A DNA stretch of 64,000 bases, taken from positions 21,918 to 85,917 of the forward strand of contig JAUCBJ010005734.1 in the NCBI GenBank assembly GCA_032718475.1. Direction: 5' to 3'. The stretch comes from Nemertoderma westbladi. Taxonomy: Eukaryota; Animalia; Xenacoelomorpha. The position numbers were made by a program, and so were the translations under genes. Shown here one piece after another: positions 12,542 through 26,579 of the stretch (its first letter is position 1; the number at the start of each line of letters is the position of its first letter). The notes beneath the pieces are model-generated. The model searched no databases. It was given only the letters and a program-made list of their open reading frames with translations, and was not told where the DNA came from.

Positions 12542-14986
12542 TCTAGGGACCGTACTGTCTTAATTCAGAGAAAAAACCCGCAGTAGACCTTCATATTCCT
12601 ACGGGGGGAGAGGAGATCAGGCAGAGATACTAGTACACAGATAGGACGCAGGCACACCGGTACAAGGCATACACATTGGTAGGGTGCAGCAAACTGTATG
12701 CCTAACTCTTGCTAAGTATAGGTGCGTCTGTGACTGTTTGTAGTACAACGGTGTCCATTGCATTTGAACTTGTAGGCTAGAAGGGTTACTGTGTTTTACC
12801 TGAATTAGGATTGTACCGTTCAGGCGGTAGGGCAGTTTACAACTAGGCGCAAATAAATTGAGGCTATTTAGGGATACTAACATCTACCGTGTCCCCGCCA
12901 ACATTCTGTTAGGAAGTTGCCGTACCCATCTAGGCAACCAAAATTCTAGATAAGAACACCAGGCTAGCTATTAGTAACAGTACGCCTACTGTAGTAAACT
13001 AACACATTTCTTCTTAGTATTAGGGACCTGGTAAATTAAATTGCCGAATTCTGGGCGTAGTATTAACCTTATGCCTGAATTTGAGTCCTGGAAATACACA
13101 AAAGGGGAAGGAGCCTTATCATTCGTGAGTATTGGACCTACAAGTTACAAAATTAGAATATTTGTAAAATGCACACCGGACCCAGTAATTATATATGTGA
13201 AGGAGCAAAACTGACTTTGACTGTTTAGAATCAAGACACGCGCGCGTTAGAAATTATTTACACCTCAAAATATATAAAATTAACTTTTGTCCATACTGCG
13301 CTTTGCCCGCTAGTTAGACATCTCTGCACCTAGCTAGCATCTCTCTATCCTAACCATATAAATCACACCGCGGCAAAGTATACGAGCCCCTTAGTCCATC
13401 AGTGAGTCAGCCTGATTTTAGGATTCGCTGCGCGGGATTTTGTTTTATCGAAGTTTGTCCGTTCGTAGACTGTTTTCTGCCTCACCGGTTATAAGAGACA
13501 AAATACTGCAATATATATTCGCTTACTTAGAGTTTACTGTTTTGGTGAGAAGGTCGGATTTATGATTTGATTCACAAACTTTACAGTAAGATATTGCAGG
13601 GTATTTTGTTACTGTCTCTTCGCATAGTCTGACTGTCCTACATATTCTGGACCACTGTATTTTACTAGTCAGCTAGTCTGCTAGTACAAAATACCTACTA
13701 CAGTACTAGGTACTGGTAACTACATATCCATAGTCTGGACCAATACTGGTACTTATCAGCTTATTGCATATTGTTCTAAGGACGTTAGTCTGTTATTGTC
13801 TGATGGTGAAAATTCGCCCTGTCAGCAAATCCACTAAGAAGATTTAATTGCTTCTTGCTGCTTTTTCCCAAACGAGAAGCCTGTTATGATTATACCTTGT
13901 ATAACGGTATAAGCGAATCGTTTGAAGGTAACTTGCAAGTTCAAATATTGGATCGCTTTGTTACATAGTTTGTATATAGGCCTACAGGCCTACCATACTA
14001 CAACTGTACTGGCATATGTAAGTTCTACTTTTCTACTGTCCTAAAGTAAGTACAACCATTTTAAAATTTATAAAGGAAAACGGAAAGAGGAGAGTTGTGA
14101 AGTTGTGAGAGAGCAAATAATAAGATAAGCCTATATTTAATATTACGATATCATTAAGTCATTAGGCTATAATCCTGTAATTTTATTATATAAATTCGAA
14201 TTAGTGCTGCACCGGTACTGCTGTAGTGGCAATATGCATTGCATAGTGTTGCCTTAAATTAAACATCTGACATTATAGTGGTAGGCACGTGGATCCAGAC
14301 CCAAATACTGGAATACCACTGGCTGATAATTTTACCCATAATTAATTACTACCGGTATACGGTGTACGGGAAACTTATGATACGGTACTTTAATTAATAC
14401 CCGGCTAGTATTATTAACACTAATATTCCTAGTTGAAGTAGCTTCATTTGGTCATATTGACATTACATGTATTGTACTGTTATAGGCTATTTCTGTATTA
14501 CAACCTTTTAGTAGGCCTGTTGGTAGGATATATAGAAATCATTGTATATATTTCAGATAAGTTTATATATATTTGAGTACCGGTATAACCTTTAGTACAC
14601 TAGTACTGTAGTAGGCATATGATTTGTGCCCCGCTGTCCTGTATATACAAAGAAGCAGATAATACAATACAGATACCGGTATTTAAACTTTCTATAATCA
14701 GATAATAGGCTAGACCTATTTACTAAATTATCAGTTAAATTATCATAAATTAAATATTTTATAAACTCTATAGAATCAATAGACCTCTGTACTGTAACTT
14801 GTTTATTTAAACACTATAAGTCACTGTTTATAGTCTGATAGTTATTAGGCCTAACACTTGACAGGACTGGTATTACCATTCAAGTGTACCTTTATTTATC
14901 TTTAAAAGCCTATAGGCACTGGCGCTATACTGTATAGTTTATCAGTACCCAGGTAGTATATAGGTACGTTTATTTCTCAATTAAAT

Positions 14987-17900
14987 ATGTCTGACATTAC
15001 CCCGATGCCGACAAGCACTAACACAGACGTTACTACATATGAACGGGAATCTTTGTCCAATCCAACCATCATAGAAGGTCACGAGAATAATAATTTCCTT
15101 CTTACGAATGGCAAACAAGTTATTGACCATGATGTCTCCCCGACTGGCTCAACTACAGATAATGTTAATGACTTAGACGTTACACAAGTGACGACTATAG
15201 AAGGTGCAACAGCAGCACCCATTTTTAGTTCTACTATGAATGTAGAGGGGGAGCATATAGGCCTAGGCTTACCTGAATATATAACTAAAATGGATAAAAT
15301 GGCCCTTGAGGAACTATATGATCAAGGGGTTTCTCGCTCAAGTAATGCTACCACTTTTAAGCGGTCTTTGGCTGCTCATAGAGGTGTTTTCACTCGCACT
15401 CGTAAGGATATCAATGCAGCCATCATTGATAATCCGGAATTAGGTTGGAGTGAAGCTAATAAATTAATGTGTAGAGTACATTCAGCACGTGATAAATATT
15501 TGTTCTTAGCTCAAGCATATGAGGAAGTAGCAAACCGAAAACAAATTGCTCATATGCAAGAATATATTGATACAAAATTTGATATTACTCTCCATCAATT
15601 AGAACTCGAAACAGAAAATAGGTTAGCAAAGCAGCAGTCTGAGAGGAAGCGGCGGGCTAGAGCACAAGCTACACGTTTAGCAGATGAAGATGCAGAGGAA
15701 GCTGTGGAAGAAGATTTGAGAAAGATTGCAGAATTACAAATAGAACGAAATAAACTGGAGACGATCAAAGCCATGAATACAAAAAAGGAAGAAATGGTAA
15801 GTCGGCACCAGCGAGAGCAATTGCAATGGCATATGTCTAATCCTGGTTCGGTAAATGGCTCCATAACCAGTAGACATAGCGGAGCTTCCAGAACCAGTCT
15901 CCGATCTTGCACTTCATTGTCAAATGGTGCATATATATATAACAGAGATAAATCTGATCATGATAAAGTAAAACAAAGTAATCCTACAGAACAGCCTTCT
16001 TATAGCTTAATCCAGATACAAAGTACTGCTACTGTTACTGAACCTATGGTTGTTAGACCAAAAATTCTGTCTGGTGCTGCTGAGAGTTCCAACATACAAA
16101 ATACATGTCCAAATGTACAGAGACCTGCCATAAAAGGTACAAAAATATGTGACAATCCCTCTTTGGGGAAGGGTATATTATCTAAACCAAAAGCGTCACG
16201 TCAGTTGAATTTAGACAATAACGATACTCACCCTAGTCATAAACTAGCAGGTCAAGAATCAAATACTAGTAAAACTTATGTTGAGGTACCAGTATATAAT
16301 GATAATAATAACCATAGTAAAGATTTCAGTAGGCAAGGCGATAATACAAATAGTAGGCCTACCCCACCTGACACCAAATCGTGTCCTTTCCTAAGAAAGG
16401 AACTTAAATTTGGAGCTGAAAGCCGTAGACCAACATCTTCTGATCGAAACTACTTAGTAAGTGTAGAAGGTAGTAATGGAGAGAAGTCTTATATTGCAAA
16501 TGAACAGGAGGAAACAATGACCCGTGTGGAATTCTCAGACCCATTGTGTCAGCCACCTAAAGGTTTTTCTAGATCATTTTCACAAATTGACGAGTATGAC
16601 AACCTTATACAACCTCAGCACCTTAATCAACCAAGGTCATCCACATTTGTTAATCCTAGAATTTCATACTCCGACAATTGTCATCAAATTGGCAGAACTC
16701 CAAGAGAAAACGATTTCCCAACTGGAAACCATCAGAGTAGTCAACACAGTGGCATTGGCTATTTGCATCAGGAACCCCAAAGTGATAATCATAAGGGTAA
16801 CCATAACCAGCAAAGGTTTCAAACAACTAAATCCCGAGATGAAGTGAGAGAGGTTCCTAATTCTCAAATAACACAAGATCATGTGCTGTCTCAGTTGATG
16901 GAACGTCTCGATGGGATGGAACAGGAGTCTGTATTACAATGGGATCTATTGGGGTCTATCCAGAAACAAGTCACTGAATCTCGAACAAGATGTGTACCTA
17001 CTGAACAATCAACAACACCACGTCATAATAATGGAGTACAAATACTGACGCCATCACCGCCATATAACGTAATCGGTCAACCACCATCTTTTAGTTCTGT
17101 AACTAATTCAAATTTAAACACATCCATCCTCAATGAGAGTTTTGTAAGGATAATGTCCAGATCCGATGCAAGGGAGTCAGCCACCATGGGTGGTACAGTG
17201 GCAAAATTCAGTGGGAAGCCCCTTTCTTGGCTAGCATTCCGTAATCATTGTTTGACTTCAATCAGTAGTTTCCCATTGACGCAAGAAGAGAAATTAAATT
17301 ATTTATTACAATGTTTGGAAGGTGATCCCTATAATTTGGCCAAAGGATACCAGGGAACTACTAATGGATTTGATTCTGCCTGGGGTGCGATATGCCAACG
17401 TTTTGGAAATGAACGCGATATTGCACAGGAAATGTTTAGACATTTGACAAAGGCCAATAAAGTATCGGAATCTGGATTAATTACATTTATTGATGAATTA
17501 TTCACAATACGTCGACAACTTGAAACACTTGGAGCACTAGCAGAGTTCGATAATCCTATAACTATTGGACAAATTTCAGCTTTGTTACCCATGTCCGTAG
17601 GGAGACAATGGAGCAAACGACTTGTTAGATTCAATGAGAGTAAGCAAAGAGAACCAACAATGGATGATTTTCTTCAATTCTTACGTCAACAGCAGACAAT
17701 TATACTCAAGGAAAGGATGTGAGTTGGAGACGTCAGATCGAACCATGATGTATCATCTCAGTCACAACAATGTTATAGAAAGATGCGTTCACAGAAGGCA
17801 TGTTGTAACTCAGAATCAAGTGATACTGATAATGAAACAGAGGTCATTCAACAGGTTAAAACCAAGAAAGCATTCAAGTCAACTCCATCAAAACAGCAGT

Positions 17901-20900
17901 TCGATCCAACCTCATTTAAGAGTACACCTAAGACCTCATCCAATGGTGAATCAAAATTTATAGTTGATCAATTTATTGAAAAGGTACAACAGTTGCGATA
18001 AGGAGATAGTAGGAATTCAGTGCAAAATGGTACTAGTACTGCACGCCCTCCACCAAAGTGTGTTCGTTGCAAAAAAGGGGAGCATATATTGTGGAAATGT
18101 CCTCAATTCGCAGAAGATAACATAATATGGAGACGAAAGTTCGCAAGACAAAACAACTTATGTTACAACTGCCTTAGTAACATGCACAAACAGCTACTGT
18201 GCAAAAGTACCCGGAACTGTGCGAAATGTCATAAATCACACCACACAATGTTGCACCTTGATGAGATTCCTGCAGAGGAAATCAGTTCACGGCTTGCTGA
18301 GGTTGAACAGGATTATGATGTGGGAGAGTACTCGAGCTGTTCGGATTTTTCAACAGATGAATTTGAGGAAGAGGAAGAAATTCAATCACAGTTCGCTTAT
18401 AGAGCTTTGGTATTTGAAGCCAGTGAAGAATCTTCTCCCAAATCGAGCCCCAACCAATCACGGGAATTTCAAGTTGTTCAAATATTAATAAGAAGAACTA
18501 AGGAAAATATACAGTCAATGCATTGTTGGATACAGGAAGTTCAGCAACATTTATTGATGAAGATTTAGCTAAGAGATTATTTGATAAACATTATCCAATA
18601 AATTTACGAATGTCTTGAGTTATGGACTTGTGGAAATCTAAGGTAAAAACTAGCTTTGTAGTTACAACGATTGAATCAGCTTCGGTTGGTGATTATGAAC
18701 CCCTTCACAATGTTAGATTAATCTCTATACCCAATTTTGCTAGGAGTCAACCATTACCATACTTGTGGAATGATTCTGCTCTGGTTAAGAGACATCATGT
18801 ACAGCTAGCAGATACTACAATCCCAGGAGTCCATGTGTTAATTGGTCAAAATGTGCATGAAGCCTTTGAAATCATTGAAAAGATTCCACGTTCACCAAAA
18901 CCATTATCTGACTATGCTGCACGGACGCGCTTAGGTTGGTTCTTTACTGGACCATCATGTAAAACATTACAACAGCGTAAACGAAGTAAACCAGCTATGA
19001 CGATATGTAGAACTCTCGATGATGTGATCGACATGGCAAGTGAGGCTATATTTGAGGAGGGAAGTGAATTATCTGGGGACGAAAACGCTACCGGTATTAG
19101 ATATGAAACACCCGAGGAGGCGATATGTCACTTGTTAAACATATCTGATAAAACCATGAGTTTTGATGATGCATACACAGCTCGACAACAAGACCCTTAT
19201 AATGAAGAAATTGCAGAGATTTTACGCAACCGTGCAGAAATTGACCAAGCATTGGACAAAGCAGTAACCCGATGGTTAGATCAAGAATCTATTGAACATA
19301 ATTACAATTCAAAAACCTTGTCAGCAGATGAAATACGAGCGAAAGAAATCCAGGATACTACACGCAAGTTATTACCTGATGGACACTATGAGATTGGTTT
19401 GTTATGGAGAGATGATGAGCCGAGATTGATTAATAATCGTGTGTTGGTTGCTAAAAAACCCACCAGCCTTGGAAAAGTATAGAAACAAAATGTCTAGTTA
19501 CCTGGAAGATGGTTATGCAGAAGAAATTCCTGTTGATGAACCTACAACAGTTAGGACTTATTATATGCCACACCATTTTGTTACGCACCCAGGTAAACCT
19601 GGACAAATAAGAATTGTAAATAACTAACTGCGTAGCACTTTATAAAGGAATGTCCCTTAATACCGAAATTCTGGCAGGACCTAATAGACTTCAATCACTT
19701 CCAGGAATTATTGCTCGATTTCGACAATTCAAAACAGCATTTGCTTCTGATATAAAGGCTATGTTCCTACAGGTTCGTGTGATACAACAGGATCGTGACA
19801 GTCTTAGATTCCTGTGGTGGCGCAATGGAGATTTAACCCGTGAGTTAAGAGAATACCGCATGACTTGTCAAGCCTTTGGGATTATATCCAGCCCATCCAA
19901 TTGTGGAGCAGTTTTAGAAGGAACTGCTGAAGACAACAAATCAGATTACACACCAGAAGTAATAAAGACAATTAAGGAGGATATTTATTTGGACGATTGT
20001 ATACGTTCCTTACCATCTGAGAAAATAGCGATTGAGACTGCAAAGGGCGTCCAGGATTGCTTGAAAAAAGGGGGCTTCTCTCTTCTAAAATTCACCCGCA
20101 ATTCGAAGAACTTTCTACAAGCATTTCCGGAAACAGATAGAGCAAATGTAGATCTGGATCTCAATAAGGAACCAATACCAACCACAAAGACTCTAGGATT
20201 GCGATGGAATCCGAAAACAGATGAACTCTATTTCACCATAGAGAGACGAAATGATGAAAAACGAAGTAAGAGAGTGTGTTTAAGTATACTTAGCTCTAAT
20301 TTTGATCCTCTTGGATTCGTCAGTCCAGTGGCATTGTGGAAGTTACTCTTATGACAAGTAAATCAAAGGTAATTTCGAAATATCTCAAGGATAAGATGCC
20401 TCGTGCTGAGTTACAAGCTGCAGTATATGCGACAGATGTTGCCAATAATGTCTTAGAGTATTTAGACTTTGATCTAACAGTGTTTTACCACACTGATGCG
20501 CTTCTGGTGTTCGAATACTTATCAAATACTAAATGTCAATTTTCTATCTTTGTTTCTAATCGAAGAGAGAAGATTTTGAACACTTCAAAGTTCAATCAGT
20601 GGAGATATTGTCCAGGAGAGATTAACCCGGCAGATATAGCTTCGAGGGGTGCCACCGCCAAAGAGTTGAACTCAACAATTGAATGGTTTAAAGGCCCATC
20701 ATTTTTGCACTTACCACAAAGTAAATGGCCACGACAGCTAACAACTGAAGAACTACACAAGGGAGCCACGGGAGCGGAAATTAGAAAGAAAGGTAAACCA
20801 AGTAAATCAAAATTAATTACAGCAACAGAAAAGGTACAAGTTACTGAATCAGATAAAGATAACTCTGACAGAAACCATCTTTCACCATTTTTGGAGAGGG

Positions 20901-22382
20901 CTTTGGATCATTACTCCTCATGGGAACATTTTTGCTGGGCTGTTACATACTTAAAACGGTTGTGGATGTGGCACATAAATGACAAAAAAAGTTTCTGTGA
21001 CAGAGAGAGAAGTTTTAGCTACAGTACAACGTCCTCAACAACCCCAAGATTACGATTTACTAAAGACGAAACCAAGGATGAAACTCAATGATAGATTGAC
21101 AACCATTAACCTAGATGGTCTGCTATGTGTTGGAGGCAGACTATCTCATGCACCACTTTCTGTCGCTGCGATATTTCCTATCATCATCCGTGACCCTAGA
21201 ATACAACGGATGCTGATACAGGATATTCATTACAACCTATTTCATATAGGTAGAGAACACATCCTTGGTCAACTGCGACGTAAATATTTCTTAGTCCAGC
21301 CTAGAAAGGCTCTAAATTTTATTATCAAAGGATGCATTATGTGTAGAAAACGTTTCAGTAAACCACTCACCCAACGAGAAGCTGATTTACCAAAGAATCG
21401 TTTAAGTTGCTATGAGCCAGCCTTCACTTATACAGGCGTTGATGTATTTGGACCAATGCTAGTCACACGTGGTCGCATTACCACAAAACGGTGGGGGTTG
21501 ATTTGGACTTGCTTAACCTTCCGTGCAATATGTTTGGATCTCCTGAGCAGCCTTAGTACCAATTCATTCATTCTAGCAATGAGACGGTTTTTTGGGCGAT
21601 TTGGGACAAGCAAAGGGTTACGATCCTGACCAAGGAACTAACTTCATTGGAGCGTCGAAGTTGCTGAAGAAATCTATAACTAATTGGAATCAAACTCAAG
21701 TTGATCATTGTTTACAAGTAAACAAAGTAGAATTTGATCATAACCCGCCTGAGAGTCCCTGGAATGGAGGTGCTTACGAACGACTTATACGTAGCACAAA
21801 AACCGCCTTATTGAGTGTTTTACCAGCGAAAGTTTATGTGTCTGAAGAAGTTTTACGAACTCTATTGATGGAAGTAGAATGTATAACTAACAGTAGACCA
21901 CTTACTCCAATAAGTTCAGATCCTCATTCCATGGGTGTACTAACACCAGCTCATTTTCTGATGCAAAGGCCAGCTGTAATGGTAGCAGTATCAATCATCA
22001 AAAAGCAGACGATTATCATAAACAGCAATGGCATTTGACTCAGAAATTAGCTGATTCATTTCGTAGATACTTTATAGAGCAGTACATACCTTCTAAAACA
22101 TTAAGAACTAAGTGGTTCAGTGATAGCCGTAATGTAGCAGAAGATGACTACGTCCTTATTGTAGACGAGGGTTATCCACGTAAATACTGGCTGACTGGCA
22201 GAGTCACCTGTGTGTACCGTAGCCCAGATAGCCTCGTAAGATCAGTAGATATGAAGACACTAAAAGGGAAAGTACTGACCCGATCGATTCAACGCCTGTG
22301 TTTGTTGGAAATACCTAGAGAGCAGACGGGGAATTATGGTCAGCAATGTCCACCCCAGGTTCTCCAACACCCTATTAAATGA
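14987..22382 (+). pseudogene. E2 gag-pol with stops, frameshifts and an RNase H deletion
   Basis: Gag AKFSGKPLSW..EKLNYLLQCLEGDP; knuckles CVRC, CYNC, CAKC..HHTMLH; protease LLDTGS (~18529); RT YLDD (19986); integrase DVFGP, DQGTNF, GGAYERL. The sequence jumps from DPLGFVSPV to VTLMTSKSK at ~20335, losing the FxDAS motif. Confidence 0.95.
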
Positions 22383-23369
22383 TATTATATTTAAAATCTT
22401 TCAGCTTACGATATCAATAATGTATATATGATTATATATTTCCTTAATTTTCAGGACAGATAACCTGGCATTTATCGCCAACATAATTTGTATATTTTTT
22501 AACCATTATTTACTTATTTTCTTCACAGGAAATGAAAATAATTTAAAATGTATTATAGATTTTTTCTGCGATGTTATATCTATTGTTTATTTAATAGGAG
22601 TTGACGCTGAATAGATTTGGGAGCGGGAATTACTATCATTTTTATAGTTTGTTTTGTAAACTGTGCCTGGATGAATGAATCTTACTTCGTGTATATATAT
22701 GAAACGTGATTTACAATTTTCAATTTATGTGAATTGAATGAGAGAGGAATATATGAGCATGGGAGCGGTAATTACCATAGTCGACGATTAGATCGGTGTT
22801 TTTTAGTTGAAAGGAGTCTATAAGTATAGGCTCTTAAAAGAATGAGTACAAATTAAATATATATACATTAAGAAAATTAATAAAAAATAGGCCCTAATTG
22901 AAAATTAACTGCAACAGGGTGAGCCCAGATCTGTATGTATTGAAATTATTGTATGTATTAAAAGTTATTACTGAAATCTATCTAACGCTCTACAGAACAT
23001 TAATATATTTATTTTCTATCATTATTTGAACGGATATATATTTTCCTGCGGTAAAAGGGGATGTTACAGATTAATGTTCTGATGAGCAAAAACCATATTA
23101 TAAATTACTCTTTAACAGAACGATATCACCCATTATAACTTCAGGTCGATAACATACTTCTATCTCCGAATGTTTACTGTAGCGAATGCCGGTTTAGGGA
23201 CTTTTATTGGTTTAACCGGGGACGCATAATGTGATCCGGCTGAACCCTTAAAAAAGCGGTGAATACTAACTATGCTAACACCAAAGATTTTAAGTTCCAG
23301 ATATTGAATATAATCTGAGAACTGGAGAAGAAACTTATACCAACAGTGGTGATAATGGGATTTAATACG

Positions 23370-23892
23370 GGACGTCTGGTTGTTTTCTCGCCACATTCGT
23401 GATGTGGTTAAGTTCCCTCGCCACACTCGTGATGTCTTGTTGTTCCCTCTACATGTACGGGATGTCTAGTTGTTCCCACGGGACGTCTGGTTTTTCCCTT
23501 GACACGTCTGGTTGTTCCCACGCTATGTCTGGTTGTTCCCTCGATAAGTACGGGATGTCTGGTTGTTCCCACGCGACGTCTGGTTGTTCCCTCGATACGT
23601 ACGGGATGTCTGGTTGTTCCCTCGAAAAGTACGGGATGTCTGGTTGTTCCCTCGAAAAGTACGGGATGTCTGGTTGTTCCCTCGATAAGTACGGGATGTC
23701 TGGTTGTTTCCACGCGACGTCTGGTTGTTCCCTCGATACGTACGGGATGTCTGGTTGTTCCCACGCGACGTCTGGTTGTTCCCTCGATACGTACGGGATG
23801 TCTGGTTGTTCCCACGCGATGTCTGGTTGTTCCCACGCGACGTCTAGTTGTTTCCTCGACCCTTACGGGACGTCTAGTTGTTCCCTCGCCAT
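23370..23892. repeat. Compound 21/30-bp minisatellite in the E2 cargo region
   Basis: Core GTCTGGTTGTTCCC with alternating spacers ACGCGAC and TCGATACGTACGGGAT. Confidence 0.9.
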
Positions 23893-24645
23893 GTCAAATC
23901 ACACACAGGTTTATTTGTTTGGAATATCTCTTGGGTTACTTTGGTGAACATTGTGTTTTTCAGGTATTGAAGTTAATAAAGATTGCGTCAGTATCGTTTG
24001 TTTTATGTAGATGAGGAATTTCTCTTTGAATCTAAGTCTATTTATATTGAGTAATTAGCTAGGATGTCTCGCATAAGAAACTTTTTGTAATAGCGAGGCC
24101 ATATTTTGTGACAATTTTTACCACCTAACCCTTTACTGCATGACTTTTATATGTTGTGAGAGAATATGAAGTATATTTAGTTCTACTGATATAAACGTTT
24201 AATAATTTATTACGTTTAGAAAGGTTTTTAGTAAAAGATCAATGACTCTTTATTTTATTGTTGTACACAATGTGTTTGTAATTGTGGTCTGGTGGCATTT
24301 CTAAGTATCGTGACGTACTATGTCGTGTTGTCGTGTTTTTTCTGTGGATATAATTTTTCATTTTTTGGAATATTCCCAGCTATCTATCTCTATATTGATT
24401 ATTGGTAATGTGCTGATTTATTTTAATGCATAATAATTGATTAAGATATGTTTAGGAGATTAATTTAAATCGCAATTAAGAACAGATGTTATACGTATTT
24501 CAAGTAACCAAGTAACGATTGCCCGAAAATTGAATTCACTTCATTAGCGGTGGTAAACAAAAGGGGCTTCAGTAGGAATTACCCCTGGTTGAATCTCTTA
24601 AAAAGTTTACTATATTGATATATTGCTGTGCTAGTAGTGTCTGGT

Positions 24646-25402
24646 TTAGTATGTACGATCTTAGTATTTACGATCTTAGTATGTACGATCTTAGTATTTA
24701 CGATCTTAGTATGTACGATCTTAGTATTTACGATCTTAGTATGTACGATCTTAGTATTTACGATCTTAGTATGTACGATCTTAGTATGTACGATCTTAGT
24801 ATTTACGATCTTAGTATGTACGATCTTAGTATGTACGATCTTAGTATGTGCGATCTTAGTATGTACGATCTTAGTATTTACGATCTTAGTATGTACGATC
24901 TTAGTATTTACGATCTTAGTATGTACGATCTTAGTATGTACGATCTTAGTATTTACGATCTTAGTATGTACGATCTTAGTATTTACGATCTTAGTATGTA
25001 CGATCTTAGTATTTACGATCTTAGTATGTACGATCTTAGTATGTACGATCTTAGTATTTACGATCTTAGTATTTACGATCTTAGTATGTACGATCTTAGT
25101 ATTTACGATCTTAGTATGTACGATCTTAGTATTTACGATCTTAGTATGTACGATCTTAGTATGTACGATCTTAGTATTTACGATCTTAGTATGTACGATC
25201 TTAGCATGTACGATCTTAGTATGTGCGATCTTAGTATGTACGATCTTAGTATTTACGATCTTAGTATGTACGATCTTAGTATTTACGATCTTAGTATGTA
25301 CGATCTTAGTATGTACGATCTTAGTATGTGCGATCTTAGTATGTACGATCTTAGTATTTACGATCTTAGTATGTACGATCTTAGTATGTACGATCTTAGT
25401 AT
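24646..25402. repeat. 15-bp tandem array, ~50 units
   Basis: TTAGTATKTACGATC, with rare ATGTGCG variants. Confidence 0.98.
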
Positions 25403-25721
25403 ACGTACGTCTGTAAAGATAATTTGAACTCTTATCTATAAATCGATGGAAAGTATAAGTACTATACGTAAAATTGTTAGTGATCGAGAAGTTTATAGAT
25501 AGTAGATTTGTATTAGTTATATACCACATATTTTTTGGAAATGTATAAGTTTATATTTTTTCTTCTAACTGATGTACGTCATGACTATGTCTCTATTTTA
25601 TATATATATATATTATGATGGTTGAACAAACATATAGAGCGTGCATTTTTTCTTGAGTTATTATTTAGGGAAATATTTATTAGTCCGAGTGCATTATAGC
25701 CTAAATAACAACTGGGAGCGG

Positions 25722-26579
25722 TATAAATGCCCGTATCCCTTATACTGTATACCAAATTTGTTTACATTGTTGGACTTGTTAATTTCCTTTATATTACGCC
25801 ACCTAGCGAGGTATGGCAATACTGCTTTTTACCGAATGTATATATAGTGCAATTTAAATCATAATTATCAGACTCGGTATTATTTTACACACCCCACGTT
25901 GGGTTGCTAATAGGCCATACTTTTCAGCACTACACTACACTACACTACCGGTACATTTACGCTTACACACCAGCTCTCATTCGCACTCACGTTTCTGTTA
26001 TTCTACTATTCTACTATTCTGTTTGATATTGTTATTATTATTGCTTTGATTGTTATACAATAAACTACTGTAACTGCTGAACTGGTTCAACCATCAGAAG
26101 AAGGGTTTTCCTCGATGTTATCCCCCAGTTAGATTACAGAGTACTAGAGTAGCAGACTGCCGCTACTGACTGACTGGAGAAAGTCACTGCAACGCCGCAA
26201 TACTTCAGGTCGGTATCATATTTGCCAGCTGGTTACTGCCATTGACTGTCCCGAACTCCGGCATTCAACGCACTGAGTGTGAGTGTCTCCCCCCAAGTAA
26301 CCTTATTGCAGTTGTGCTGTCCGTCCGCATTAGGCCTATACAGATCAGTTAAGCCTAATCGTCGTCGATGTTAAGACCCTACAGCCCTTTGCTTTGTGTG
26401 AGCGTGTGTCTGTGTGTAACAGTGTGGTAATGTGCCTGCGAATCCGCTAAACAACCCACGTAGGGCGCTAGAATCTCTCTAGCACCAACATCTCCCTAGG
26501 TGTGCTTCTTACCGAGTGCTTCTCTATATGGTTGGACGTTACAGACCATTTTCCAATCTCCATGCATTGCTTATTTACA
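25722..26579 (+). repeat. Putative E2 3' LTR
   Basis: Follows GGGAGCGG; AATAAA at 26059. The candidate end ATTTACA is nearly complementary to the start TATAAAT. Length ~860 bp. Confidence 0.5.

Larger units (their letters stand above)
12542..26579 (+). mobile_element. BEL/Pao LTR retrotransposon E2, degenerate, 5' LTR not found
   Basis: Long 5' leader, gag-pol 14987-22382, PPT-like GGGAGCGG at 25714 followed by an LTR-like region. Both boundaries are inferred. Confidence 0.85.

Noticed and set aside
23399-25427. Plus-strand ORFs (SGCS repeats, MYDLS, CTILV repeats) as proteins
   Set aside because: They are open only because the repeat lengths are multiples of three without stops. There is no independent coding evidence.
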